From: Candidatus Manganitrophaceae bacterium
Lineage (GTDB): Bacteria > Nitrospirota > Nitrospiria > SBBL01 > JAADHI01
Length of the DNA stretch: 61,443 nt
Direction of reading: 5' to 3'
Assembly (NCBI GenBank): GCA_013151935.1
Contig: JAADHI010000012.1
Location: 1 to 61,443 of the forward strand
The notes beneath the pieces are model-generated. The model was given only the letters and a program-made list of their open reading frames with translations. It was not told the DNA's origin and did not search any database. Positions 39,828 to 49,610 of this stretch are shown in pieces (within the stretch, counting starts at the first letter, position 1; each line of letters opens with the position of its first letter). Both the position numbers and the translations under genes were made by a program.

Positions 39828-41249
39828 CTATTCTCGTCTCGAATGGGCAGCGATCGCTGCGGCAATCGCGATGACCCGGTCCATCTCGTTCACAGGGGTT
39901 GCAACATTCAGCTTATGCAAATGCGTCTCGATATAGCTCGTATCAAAAGCCCCACTTTGAAAATCAGGATCTTCCATGACCTGCTTTAAAAAAGGAATCG
40001 TCGTTTTGACACCACGAATCACAAATTCATCCAGGGCACGGCTCATGCGTTGAACCGCCCCATTCCAGGTTTTTGCACGCACGATCAATTTTGCCAGAAG
40101 TGGATCATAATAGGGCGGGACGATATAACCCTTGTACACGTTGCTATCAACACGAACCCCGATGCCTCCAGGCGAATAATGGGCCGTAATCTCACCCGGT
40201 GTCGGCATGAAATTCGTTTTGGGATCTTCCGCATTGATACGACACTCAATGGCATAACCCCGCAAAAAAACATCTTCCTGGCGATCAGGAACAGACTGCC
40301 CCGCAGCAATGCGAATCATCTCTTTGACAATATCAATCCCCGTCACTTCCTCTGTTACCGTGTGCTCAACCTGAACCCGTGTATTCATCTCTAAAAAGTA
40401 AAAATTTTTATCAACATCCACTAAAAACTCAACGGTGCCCGCACTCACGTAATTCACAGAACGCGCGGCAGTAATCGCCACTTGGCCCATTTCCTCTCGA
40501 AGCCCTTCATCCAACATGAGCGAGGGGGCAATTTCGATCAATTTTTGATGCCGTCTCTGTATCGAACAATCCCGTTCTCCCAAATGAAGCATGTTCCCGT
40601 GTTGATCCGCCAAAATCTGAATTTCAATATGATGCGGTGCAAGAATGTTTTTTTCGACATAAACGGTGTCATTGCCAAAAGCGGCCTTGGCTTCAGACTG
40701 CGTTACACTAAAAAGCCGCAGTAACTCCGCACGATCATGACAGACACGAATCCCTTTTCCGCCGCCACCCGCAGACGCTTTCAGCATCACGGGATATCCA
40801 ATCTCATCGGCATACTCCGCAGCGTGTTGTGCAGACACCAGTGGATCAGTCAAACCCGGCACAACAGGCACACCGGCTTCAATCATCTTCCGTCGTGCGG
40901 AAATTTTATCCCCCATCGTGCGAATCACACTCGCGGGTGGCCCGATAAAGGTAATCCCATTTGCTTCACAGGCTTCGGCAAATTCCGCATTTTCGGCCAA
41001 AAAACCGTAACCGGGGTGAATCGCATCAACCCCTTTTTGTTTCGCCAAATCGATAATGCGATAAATACTCAGATACCCTTCAATGGGCCCAGGCTCCACC
41101 AAATAAGCCTCATCTGCGTAACGCACGTGTAATGAAGCGGCATCTACCTCAGAATGAATCGCAACGGTTGCAACCGACAATTCTTTACACGCACGAATAA
41201 TTCGGAGGGCGATCTCTCCACGGTTCGCAATCAATACCTTTTTAAACAT
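39828..41249 (-). CDS. Biotin carboxylase subunit (PycA/CfiB/AccC family)
   Basis: KKVLIANRGEIA, HPGYGFLAEN, GGGGKG, RDCSIQRRHQK, EMNTRVQVEH, RINAEDP. Confidence 0.94.
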   Translation of the reverse strand: MFKKVLIANRGEIALRIIRACKELSVATVAIHSEVDAASLHVRYADEAYLVEPGPIEGYLSIYRIIDLAKQKGVDAIHPGYGFLAENAEFAEACEANGITFIGPPASVIRTMGDKISARRKMIEAGVPVVPGLTDPLVSAQHAAEYADEIGYPVMLKASAGGGGKGIRVCHDRAELLRLFSVTQSEAKAAFGNDTVYVEKNILAPHHIEIQILADQHGNMLHLGERDCSIQRRHQKLIEIAPSLMLDEGLREEMGQVAITAARSVNYVSAGTVEFLVDVDKNFYFLEMNTRVQVEHTVTEEVTGIDIVKEMIRIAAGQSVPDRQEDVFLRGYAIECRINAEDPKTNFMPTPGEITAHYSPGGIGVRVDSNVYKGYIVPPYYDPLLAKLIVRAKTWNGAVQRMSRALDEFVIRGVKTTIPFLKQVMEDPDFQSGAFDTSYIETHLHKLNVATPVNEMDRVIAIAAAIAAHSRRE

Positions 41250-41280
41250 TTTTTTCATCCACTTTGAAACCACGCCTCAT

Positions 41281-43275
41281 TCACTGTGTAAACTTGCCTT
41301 GATCGACTTGAATAAAAAAAGGCTCTTTAATGAATTCTCCTTCAAGTATTTCATAAATAAACCCGGAAGCCCCTGGAAAATCAACCGTCTCTGCAATCGC
41401 AGTCTTCACCTTCGCCGAGGTCAAGGCTCCCCTTCTCATTGCCGCAAGAATCAAGCGTGTCGCATCATAGGTTTGGGCCGCAAATATATCGGGCTCTTCA
41501 TTGAAACGTGCACGATAGCGTGTCACAAAGGTCTCGATCACAGGATCAGTGCTTCCTTTAAAAAAACCATCTGCAAAAACAACCCCATCGGCATAAGAAC
41601 CCGTCAGTTTTAAAAACTCCTCAGACTTCCAACTGTTTGTCCCGAGTATAGCGACAGTGTTAAATTCATGGAATAGGAGTTGCGGGATAATTAAACCCGC
41701 CCGTACCGCGTCTGCAGGCAAAAAAATCGCTTCAAACCCCGGCGTGTAAAACTCTTCAACCTTTCCGTCTTCCGCTTCGATTTCTTCGATAAAACCATCT
41801 TGCGCTAAATCTGCCTTTTTCAAACGCAGAATAGTTCTCGAAAAATCAGTATCGTCTAAAGGGTAGCGTTCGGTCAAAACGACCTCCCCGCCCAGCTTTT
41901 CAACCCCTTCCGAAAAACAATCCACCCAACGTCGCCCCAACTGCTCGTCAGGAAAAAGTACAGCAATACGTTCCACCTCAAGCTCCAATACAGCATATTC
42001 GGCAATGGCATTGCACAAAAATCGATTGGTCACCGCATTTCGAAACACCGTATTTCCCAAAGAAAAAAGACGACGGGATGTCGCCCCCGGCGTAATTAGG
42101 GCCATATCTTTTTTCTCAAGCACTGCCGCCACGCGATTGACTTCTTTACTCAAAAGGGGCCCAAGCACTGCAATCGGATGATATTCGTCCAACCAGCTTT
42201 CCAAGGTCATCCGCAAACGAGACGGATCTTCCTCGGCATTTCTGACCACAAGCCCAACAGACGCCCCGGGTAATTCCTCCTTAAAAAGCTGAACCGCAAG
42301 TTCTGCCCCGGATAAAGCCTTGTTTCCAAATGAAACCAGTGGCCCAGACAAAGGCAAAATGACAGCAAGCAGGTAGCGACTCGCCTTGACTTTGTGCTTA
42401 ATCTGAGCGAGTCGTTGACGTACCTGCACAAGAGAACGGTGCCGAGGAAATTCCAGAATAAATTGAAGGACCATCTGCTCCTCGTGATAATAGTCCCCCT
42501 TTGCATCGTAAAGAACCATCAAGCGCATCATGGCCTCATCGGCGGGAAACATTCCGCCAAAGGACTTCACAAGGGTCAATAAGTCACGCGTATTCAAGCG
42601 CTCTCGGACAAGCTGAATAATTTCTTCCTCAACCAAAATAGGGGTCACAAATTTGGAGTGCATTGCCCTTTTTTTCATCAAAACATGCAAGGCTTCCAAA
42701 TTTTTTTTTCGAGCACCATAAGTCCGAATCAGATGCGCAAAGACCCTGTGTTTGTCTGGGGCATCATCTGAGACACCATCCCAAAGCGCCACGATTTCTT
42801 TTAAACGACCTGAGTCGAAATAAAAAATGCTCAAACGCAGTTGTACAGCGCTTATACGTGGCTCCTCTGGGAAAAGACCCACAAAAGTTTTGAGCAATTC
42901 ACTGGCCCTATTGGTTTCGCCCTTAGAGCGATAAATTTCACTGAGCAAAAGATAAACATCAGGAAGCAGGGGACTCGTACTATAGTCGAGTAAAAAAGTT
43001 TCGAGGGATGATCCTGCGATTTCCCCATTGCCCTGATCAAAATAGGCTTTCGCCTGACTGAAGAGGTTTTTTTCCGCGAAGGACGACACATTAAATAACT
43101 CCGCTGAAACATCAATATTTGGATTATTTTTTTTTGAGAGAATGTCGATAGCATTGGACGAAACCGAGGGCAGTGCACTGCCACGGGGCAAACCATCTTG
43201 GGCAAAAATCTGCCCAGAAAAAGGGGACACAAAAAGTGATGACCACAAAAAAACGCTCAAATAAATCTGTTTCAA
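41281..43275 (-). CDS. LpoA/LppC-like penicillin-binding protein activator (TPR + periplasmic binding-like domain)
   Basis: Signal peptide, TPR-like N-terminal half, ILPLSG, LGPLLS, type I PBP-fold C-terminal half. Confidence 0.75.
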   Translation of the reverse strand: MKQIYLSVFLWSSLFVSPFSGQIFAQDGLPRGSALPSVSSNAIDILSKKNNPNIDVSAELFNVSSFAEKNLFSQAKAYFDQGNGEIAGSSLETFLLDYSTSPLLPDVYLLLSEIYRSKGETNRASELLKTFVGLFPEEPRISAVQLRLSIFYFDSGRLKEIVALWDGVSDDAPDKHRVFAHLIRTYGARKKNLEALHVLMKKRAMHSKFVTPILVEEEIIQLVRERLNTRDLLTLVKSFGGMFPADEAMMRLMVLYDAKGDYYHEEQMVLQFILEFPRHRSLVQVRQRLAQIKHKVKASRYLLAVILPLSGPLVSFGNKALSGAELAVQLFKEELPGASVGLVVRNAEEDPSRLRMTLESWLDEYHPIAVLGPLLSKEVNRVAAVLEKKDMALITPGATSRRLFSLGNTVFRNAVTNRFLCNAIAEYAVLELEVERIAVLFPDEQLGRRWVDCFSEGVEKLGGEVVLTERYPLDDTDFSRTILRLKKADLAQDGFIEEIEAEDGKVEEFYTPGFEAIFLPADAVRAGLIIPQLLFHEFNTVAILGTNSWKSEEFLKLTGSYADGVVFADGFFKGSTDPVIETFVTRYRARFNEEPDIFAAQTYDATRLILAAMRRGALTSAKVKTAIAETVDFPGASGFIYEILEGEFIKEPFFIQVDQGKFTQ

Positions 43276-43407
43276 AATCCGATATCCGTATAGATAGTAT
43301 TGACGTCATTAAGAAAAATCGAAGTGAAGGATTTCTTTTCTGGCAACAATTTTCAGCGAAAAAAGAGCGGGGGAAACCTTAAAATCCGATTCTATAAAAT
43401 AGCGTTG

Positions 43408-43436
43408 ATCATAGAAGAACTTGGGAATCATGTCAA
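43408..43436 (-). promoter_or_regulatory. Sigma70-type promoter for the lpoA-like/carboxylase operon
   Basis: TTGACA-N17-TATGAT. Confidence 0.7.
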
Positions 43437-43617
43437 GAAATGAACCCGCGACAGCACCTCGGACTCCCTGATAAAAAAGGGATTTTTATCACAAACCTTG
43501 AAATACAGCTTGTCCAAAAACACACTTTCCTGTATAAAACGGACGACTGAAAACCCAGCATTTGCTTGCTTTCAATAAAACATAAAATGCAGTCTTCTGT
43601 GACGGAAAGTAGATCCT

Positions 43618-44538
43618 GTGATTTCAAAATATATAATTACCTGCCTCGGCCCAGACATCCCCGAAAAACTTCTCGAGCGCATCACATCGCATTTGAAACA
43701 AAAAAAAATAGCACTTGGAACCATTAAAACCCTCGCAGAAAAAAGTCTCTCTTGTATCGAAATTCCGACAGAACATCATTCGGACATCGACACGCGCCTG
43801 CTGACACAAGAACTCCTTGAGATTTCAAATCCCTTTTCGGTTGACGTCTTTATTCAAGCCGACACCCCAACACGTCGTGATAAACGTTTGATCGTTTTGG
43901 ATATGGACTCCACACTGATTCAAGTGGAAGTCATTGACGAGCTGGCAAAAGCAGTGGGAATCGGAGACGCGGTGGCTAAAATCACCCACCGTGCAATGAA
44001 TGGAGAACTCAACTTCAACGAATCTTTAATCGAACGGGTGGGACTTTTAAAGGGTCTTCCCGTGGAAGTCCTCGAAAGCGTTTACCAAGGACTGCCCTTT
44101 ACCCTGGGGGCAAAACCCCTGCTCGCAATCTTAAAAAAACGAGGCTACAGAACAGGGGTAATTTCCGGGGGCTTTGATTATTTCACATCCAAAATCAAAT
44201 CAGTGCTGAAGCTCGACTACGCCTACTCAAACCGTTTGGCGGTGGCATCAGGACAACTCACAGGCCACGTGATTGGCGAAATCGTTAATGGCGATAAAAA
44301 AGCGGCTTTTATGGAAAAGGTCGCAAAAGAAGAAGGCATCCCGCTTGAACAAGTCATCGCCATTGGTGATGGAGCAAACGATCTGCCCATGATTAACAAA
44401 GCTGGGCTGGGAATCGCATTTAATGCCAAACCAGCCGTTCGTGCAGCCGCACGCCACAGCATTACCCAAAAGAGTCTGCTCACCGTACTCTACCTACTCG
44501 GATTTTCTGAAGAAGAAATAGACCCCCTCTCGGCCTGA
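43618..44538 (+). CDS. serB: Phosphoserine phosphatase
   Basis: DMDSTLI, AMNGEL.F.ESL, ISGGF, GDGANDL; ACT-like N-terminus. Confidence 0.94.
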   Translation: MISKYIITCLGPDIPEKLLERITSHLKQKKIALGTIKTLAEKSLSCIEIPTEHHSDIDTRLLTQELLEISNPFSVDVFIQADTPTRRDKRLIVLDMDSTLIQVEVIDELAKAVGIGDAVAKITHRAMNGELNFNESLIERVGLLKGLPVEVLESVYQGLPFTLGAKPLLAILKKRGYRTGVISGGFDYFTSKIKSVLKLDYAYSNRLAVASGQLTGHVIGEIVNGDKKAAFMEKVAKEEGIPLEQVIAIGDGANDLPMINKAGLGIAFNAKPAVRAAARHSITQKSLLTVLYLLGFSEEEIDPLSA

Positions 44539-44693
44539 GCAAGCTTAAAAACACCTTAGTTCTAGCACACCCTCCCATCCTCAGTAAAAAGATCTATAAT
44601 TATCTGAAGGGAGTGCTCCGTCCGAAATCTAGATCTAGAAACCTGTCGGACTTAGGATTAATCCCAAAAACCCTCAATTTAGAAGTGGATATT

Positions 44694-46505
44694 ATGATCG
44701 GGAAAACCCTTTCTGGAAAATACGAAATTAAACGTGAAGTGGGCCGAGGGGGCATGGGGGTTATTTATGAGGCCTTACACACCGCACTGAATCGTACCGT
44801 AGCGATCAAAGTCCTGCACGCGCAATTTACACAAGATATCGGATTTTTAGATCGTTTTAAACGTGAAGCCCGTGCAATGGCACGACTCGACCACAAAAAC
44901 ATCATTCGTGTTTTCGACGTCCTGGAAGATGAAGGGACCCATTTCATCATTATGGAATATTTCAGGGGACAAAACCTGCATCAGGTCTTGAAAAAAAGGA
45001 GGACACTGCCACAACGCGGCGTGCTCTCCATTGCTTACCAAGTTTCCAAAGCGCTTTCTTATGCGCACGATAAGGGCGTGATTCACCGAGATATCAAACC
45101 CGCCAACATCATTATCGGCAAAAATGGCACCGCTAAAATCGCCGATTTTGGCATCGCAGCAACAACAGACGAAAGCTCCCTCACGGCTGCGAATCATATC
45201 ATCGGCACCCCCGAATACATGTCCCTAGAACAGTCTCGTGGTGAACCCTTAGATGGCCGAAGTGATTTGTATGCCCTGGGCATGGTCATGTACGAAATGC
45301 TCTGCGGACAGACCTACTATGCAGGCATCGCTGGCTCCGATGTCCTGAAAAAACTGGCATACGACGAGTCAGAATTCCAACTTCATTTCGAGCATTCCGT
45401 GGCGCCCTCGCTCAAAAAACTCGTTGAAGACCTGCTCAAAAAAAAGAGAGAAGATCGTATCGCGAACGCTTCCGCCCTCATCCAACAAATCAAAATGAGT
45501 AAACTAGAACTGAAAACTGAAAAAAAAACCGCTTTACCCAAACAACATTCAAAAACAAGAGCTCAAGAAACCCCGCCATTTTTTACATCAGGAAAAGGGG
45601 CAAAAAAAGAAATTGAGCAACAAGCCACCGTCATCGCCCCCAAACAACAACAGACGCCTCGGGGACAAGACCTGCCCTCCACAAAAAAACGGCCCAAACC
45701 CATTGCGATACTTGCAGTGATCACCCTTATTTTTGCGGTCGTTGCATCCAGCTATCTCACGAATCTCCCACAAACACCCAACACACGACTCGAACGTAAA
45801 ACCCAGCCTAAAAATAAAATCCGACCTTTAGACAAGAAACATGAGCAACAGAGAACAGACTTAGAAAAAACCCCAATCACACAACTCAAAGAAGAACAAG
45901 CACAGATAGAAAAAGAAAACCGTGCACAAAAAAAAGCCGCCTTAAAACTTGCGAAAGTCAAAAAGGAACGTGAACAAGCAATAAAAAAAAGAAAGAGACA
46001 GGAAGCCTTGCTGAAAAGTGAACTGATCAAACTCAGCAAAGAACAAACACGAACAAAACAAGAAGCACTGGCCCTAAACAGAGCAGAACGCAAAAGAAAA
46101 TCCCTTGTAAAAAATGTGCGCACCAACAAAAAAAAATCACTTACGAAACAGAAAAAAACCGTACAGGTGGCAGCACTCACTCCCACAAACACCATTGATT
46201 CTCTCGGTGCAATTTTAAGCCGTTTAACCACAGCTTATGAAAAAAAAGACCTCCGCGCACTCCAAAAAATGACCCAGATGTCAAAAAATCGCACCATTTT
46301 TTTAAGACAGATCTTCAATAATTACAAAACAATTACTGTCTCAGTCACAGACCTCTCCATCGAAACAAATCAAGCAAATGCCACGATCTCCATAATAGAA
46401 CTCCGCACCCATCAAAACAAAAAAACCCTTCCCCCGAATCACTGGAAAGACGCAGAACTTATCATCCCGAAAGACAAAGGCCATTGGAAAAAAGTCCATT
46501 GGTAA
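44694..46505 (+). CDS. Hanks-type Ser/Thr protein kinase with TM, coiled coil and C-terminal extracytoplasmic domain
   Basis: GRGGMG, VAIK, HRDIKPAN, DFG, GTPEYMSLEQ, SDLYALG; TM AILAVITLIFAVVA. Confidence 0.92.
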   Translation: MIGKTLSGKYEIKREVGRGGMGVIYEALHTALNRTVAIKVLHAQFTQDIGFLDRFKREARAMARLDHKNIIRVFDVLEDEGTHFIIMEYFRGQNLHQVLKKRRTLPQRGVLSIAYQVSKALSYAHDKGVIHRDIKPANIIIGKNGTAKIADFGIAATTDESSLTAANHIIGTPEYMSLEQSRGEPLDGRSDLYALGMVMYEMLCGQTYYAGIAGSDVLKKLAYDESEFQLHFEHSVAPSLKKLVEDLLKKKREDRIANASALIQQIKMSKLELKTEKKTALPKQHSKTRAQETPPFFTSGKGAKKEIEQQATVIAPKQQQTPRGQDLPSTKKRPKPIAILAVITLIFAVVASSYLTNLPQTPNTRLERKTQPKNKIRPLDKKHEQQRTDLEKTPITQLKEEQAQIEKENRAQKKAALKLAKVKKEREQAIKKRKRQEALLKSELIKLSKEQTRTKQEALALNRAERKRKSLVKNVRTNKKKSLTKQKKTVQVAALTPTNTIDSLGAILSRLTTAYEKKDLRALQKMTQMSKNRTIFLRQIFNNYKTITVSVTDLSIETNQANATISIIELRTHQNKKTLPPNHWKDAELIIPKDKGHWKKVHW

Positions 46506-46586
46506 TCAACAAAAAAGCCCTGATCACCTCAAAACATCAGCTGATAAACATTGACAAATTGCAATAAATCGGGATTACTTTACTCT

Positions 46587-47294
46587 ATGAATAGCAAGAT
46601 CTACTCAAAAAAAAGGAACCGTACACATGCCATGCTATTTCTTTTCATCTCTCTGTACGTCTTCTTTTTTCTCCCACTCACACCCATTTTGGCGCAAAAC
46701 ACGACGAAGACAGATCAACGCCCGCCCACGATAAAACACAAACCCTTTCGTTCTGCCCTCAAACTGGGAGATCAACTCATTTTTCAGACACGCATTGACG
46801 ATAATCAAGCCCTTGGCGAGATACACCTCTTTTATCGAACCATCGGAAAAAAAGAGTACACATCCCTTAAAATGGAATCGATCGGTGGTAAAGAATATCT
46901 CACAATTATCCCTCAGCGTTTCGTTGTTTGGCCTGGCATTGAGTACTACATTCAAGCCTCCGATACTGCGGGAAATACTGCGACACAAGGCACTCCAGAC
47001 ACACCTCTTCTCATCAGGCTCAAAGCCCCGCCAGAGGCACGCATAGGGACAAATAAGAAGGTCCATCCACCTATCTTGCCGACAAAAAGTAGCGGTTTTA
47101 GACTCAGCACTCAATCCAGCACAACAAACGAAAAGTATGATAAAAAAAAGCCCTGGTACAAACTTTGGTGGGTTTGGAGCATTGCCATTGGCGTCGTCGC
47201 AGGTGTTGCCGCTGCAAGCGGCGGAGGGAGCGGGGGAAATTCATCAAGTCCACCGACAACAGGCACGGGCACCGTCACAGCGGGCGTTCCATAA
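46587..47294 (+). CDS. Hypothetical secreted protein with a beta-sandwich-like domain and a C-terminal PWYK.WW hydrophobic anchor
   Basis: N-terminal signal/TM; PPTIKH.P...IEYYIQASD.AGN; C-terminal KKPWYKLWWVW-hydrophobic-GGGSGG. Confidence 0.75.
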   Translation: MNSKIYSKKRNRTHAMLFLFISLYVFFFLPLTPILAQNTTKTDQRPPTIKHKPFRSALKLGDQLIFQTRIDDNQALGEIHLFYRTIGKKEYTSLKMESIGGKEYLTIIPQRFVVWPGIEYYIQASDTAGNTATQGTPDTPLLIRLKAPPEARIGTNKKVHPPILPTKSSGFRLSTQSSTTNEKYDKKKPWYKLWWVWSIAIGVVAGVAAASGGGSGGNSSSPPTTGTGTVTAGVP

Positions 47295-47359
47295 AAAATG
47301 TGCCCAACGAATCTGCCCAATGACAGATAAACGATAATAAGAAAAAACAAGGCCTAGCA

Positions 47360-49375
47360 ATGCGAACAAACACTCAACATTCACACACGAAAATTTCTTT
47401 TGGCGGCTTCTGCCTACTCCTCATTTTGAGCTTTTTCTTGATTCAGTGTGGAAAAAGCTCAAAACAAACCACAAGCGCCATACAAACGCCTGACGGGGAC
47501 TTTTCACTCTCCCTGCCTTCAGAGATTAAGAAACATCAAAGTGGAAAAAATATCACTGCACAACTCATCGTGAATGGGGGCACGCCTATCAACATGACCA
47601 TCAATCTCGACAATGATCAAGTCACCGCCACAACCGGCCCGCTGAGTCCTGGCACGCACAGCTTTGTCATTCAATATTTTCTGGATGGAGCCCTCATCGT
47701 CACCGCAACATCCCAGGCACAAATCATCGCAGGCCAAAACACCAACATTGTTTTCACACCGGATCTTAACGTCAACATCACGCCAAGCGTGCTCGCAAAA
47801 CAACCTGCAGAAAATGCAAACAATGTTGTCACTAACAGTAGCGTCTCCGCCACATTCAGTCAGCCCATGGATCTAAGCTCAATTACTTCGCTCAATTTCA
47901 CCTTAAACGGCCTCACAGCTTCTGTCACAGGCACGGTCATTTATAGTGAAGCGGCGGCAAACTTTGAAGCGCGTTTCACTCCCGCGGAACCCCTCGCACT
48001 TGCGGCAAACTACACCGCAAATTTAAACACCGGGATTTTGGGTATTTTGGGAGAACCCCTCTCTACGGCAGAAAGTTGGATCTTTACAACGAGAGACGGC
48101 GCTTGGGAAAATCCACAGGGGGTGGATTTTGATAGTGTAGCTGACCCCTTAAATGGAACCCTATTCCCTCAAATTGCACTTGACCCCAGCGGCAACGCCA
48201 TCGCCGTTTGGGTTCAAAATAATCTTGGCACTTCAGGCCCTAACAACATTTGGGCCAATCATTACCTCAAAGGGAACGGTTGGCAAACGCCTGAACTGAT
48301 CGAGACCGATGATCTAGGACATGCAGCCTCACCTCAAGTCGTTATTGATTCCAGTGGCAATGCGATTGCCGTTTGGCAACAGAATGACGGAATACGAAAT
48401 AACATCTGGGCCAACCGATTCGATGCCACGACAGGCCTATGGGGCACCGCCAATCTCATCGAAACAGATAATGCAGGGACAGCCGACTCGCCCCAGATTG
48501 CGATTGATCTCACGGGTAACGCGATTGCTGTTTGGCGACAATCGGATGGCACAAACAATAACATCATCTCAAACCGATTTGACATAGATTTAGGAACTTG
48601 GGGAACAGTTCTTCCAATTGAATCCGCTACGACACCCGCACTGAGTCCACAAATCGCCCTCGACGCTGCAGGCAATGCCATTGCAGTTTGGGTTCAAAAT
48701 GACGGCGCGTTTAGTATTTTTTCCAACCGTTTTGATATCGGCACCACATCCTGGGGAACGGCGGAAAACATAGAATCCGACAATACAGGGGATGCCAGTT
48801 CCCCACAACTTGCAATGGACTCAAGTGGACGTGCAATCGCCGTCTGGCTTCAAAATGATGGAAGCGATATCAATGTAATGAGCAGTCGTTTCGTGCCTGA
48901 AACGGGTTGGATCTTCCCACCACAAACCATCGAGACAGAAACAAGCCAAGCCTTCACCCCAGAAATTGCCATGGATCCACAAGGCAATGCTTCTGCCGTT
49001 TGGCGACAAGACGATGGAACGAGCTTCCATATTTTTTCAAACCGCTTCGATATCGACACCGGACTTTGGGGCACACCAAGTTCCCTGGAAACAGAAACAA
49101 TCTCGAACCTCGGGTTTCCCCAAATCCGCTTTGACCGCAATGGAAATGCCATCGCCGTCTGGGCTCAACTATCCTCAGGCGACAGCTTCGACAACGCCTG
49201 GGCCAGCCGATACACCCCAAGTACAGGCTGGCAGACCGCAGAAAAACTTGAAACAGAAGATTTTGGAAGTGCTGGATTTCCACAAATTGACATCGATGCA
49301 AGCGGAAATGCCATTTCTGTTTGGATTCAAGATGACGGCACCACCATAAACGTACAATCCAAGCGTTTTCAATAA
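47360..49375 (+). CDS. Large lipoprotein: Ig-like (Big_5-type) domain plus eight ~50-aa repeats (probable beta-propeller)
   Basis: Signal peptide ending LIQC; P...A.NV..NS.VSATFS.PMD..S; 8x PQI..D..GNAIAVW.Q. Confidence 0.85.
   Translation: MRTNTQHSHTKISFGGFCLLLILSFFLIQCGKSSKQTTSAIQTPDGDFSLSLPSEIKKHQSGKNITAQLIVNGGTPINMTINLDNDQVTATTGPLSPGTHSFVIQYFLDGALIVTATSQAQIIAGQNTNIVFTPDLNVNITPSVLAKQPAENANNVVTNSSVSATFSQPMDLSSITSLNFTLNGLTASVTGTVIYSEAAANFEARFTPAEPLALAANYTANLNTGILGILGEPLSTAESWIFTTRDGAWENPQGVDFDSVADPLNGTLFPQIALDPSGNAIAVWVQNNLGTSGPNNIWANHYLKGNGWQTPELIETDDLGHAASPQVVIDSSGNAIAVWQQNDGIRNNIWANRFDATTGLWGTANLIETDNAGTADSPQIAIDLTGNAIAVWRQSDGTNNNIISNRFDIDLGTWGTVLPIESATTPALSPQIALDAAGNAIAVWVQNDGAFSIFSNRFDIGTTSWGTAENIESDNTGDASSPQLAMDSSGRAIAVWLQNDGSDINVMSSRFVPETGWIFPPQTIETETSQAFTPEIAMDPQGNASAVWRQDDGTSFHIFSNRFDIDTGLWGTPSSLETETISNLGFPQIRFDRNGNAIAVWAQLSSGDSFDNAWASRYTPSTGWQTAEKLETEDFGSAGFPQIDIDASGNAISVWIQDDGTTINVQSKRFQ
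48164..49372 (+). repeat. Intragenic tandem repeats, eight units of about 150 bp
   Basis: Recurring DNA such as GGCAATGCCATTGCCGTTTGG and AACCGATTCGAT, encoding GNAIAVW and NRFD. Confidence 0.85.
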
Positions 49376-49431
49376 GTCCAAAACACCTCGACCTCACTAA
49401 AAATAAGAGAAGAATCGCCCTATCGTAAACC

Positions 49432-49479
49432 TTATTTTTACAAGGGAAGCTCTGAGCAGAGCTTCCCTTGTAAAAATAA
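49432..49479. terminator. Perfect 23-bp inverted repeat (probable terminator) between the accessory module and mraZ
   Basis: TTATTTTTACAAGGGAAGCTCTG AG CAGAGCTTCCCTTGTAAAAATAA. Confidence 0.6.
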
Positions 49480-49510
49480 AATATTTTCAATTGTCATCAT
49501 TTTTTTACCC

Positions 49511-49580
49511 TTGACTTTCCTTCAATACATCCTATAATCAAATCAGTGGGGAATAGTGGGGAACTATGGAACTTAATGGC
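49511..49580 (+). promoter_or_regulatory. dcw promoter with MraZ operator direct repeats
   Basis: TTGACT-N16-TATAAT, then GTGGG/GTGGG/ATGGA/ATGGC at exact 10-nt spacing (49546, 49556, 49566, 49576). Confidence 0.8.
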
Positions 49581-49610
49581 TTAAAAGGACTAAAAAAGGA
49601 GTAGATTGGG

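Noticed and set aside
37894-39865. Natural two-gene fission of the carboxylase, as the ORF track suggests
   Set aside because: The break is inside a continuous conserved segment and is exactly explained by a 7-bp duplication.
43380-43500. Possible 6S RNA or other ncRNA in the divergent intergenic region
   Set aside because: No long closing stem found; the region is explained by a consensus promoter.
43276-43617. Replication origin at the gene-orientation switch
   Set aside because: No cluster of DnaA boxes seen and no apparent change in skew.
49546-49580. 10-nt periodic repeats as a novel or CRISPR-like array
   Set aside because: They match the known MraZ operator arrangement; there are no spacers or cas genes.
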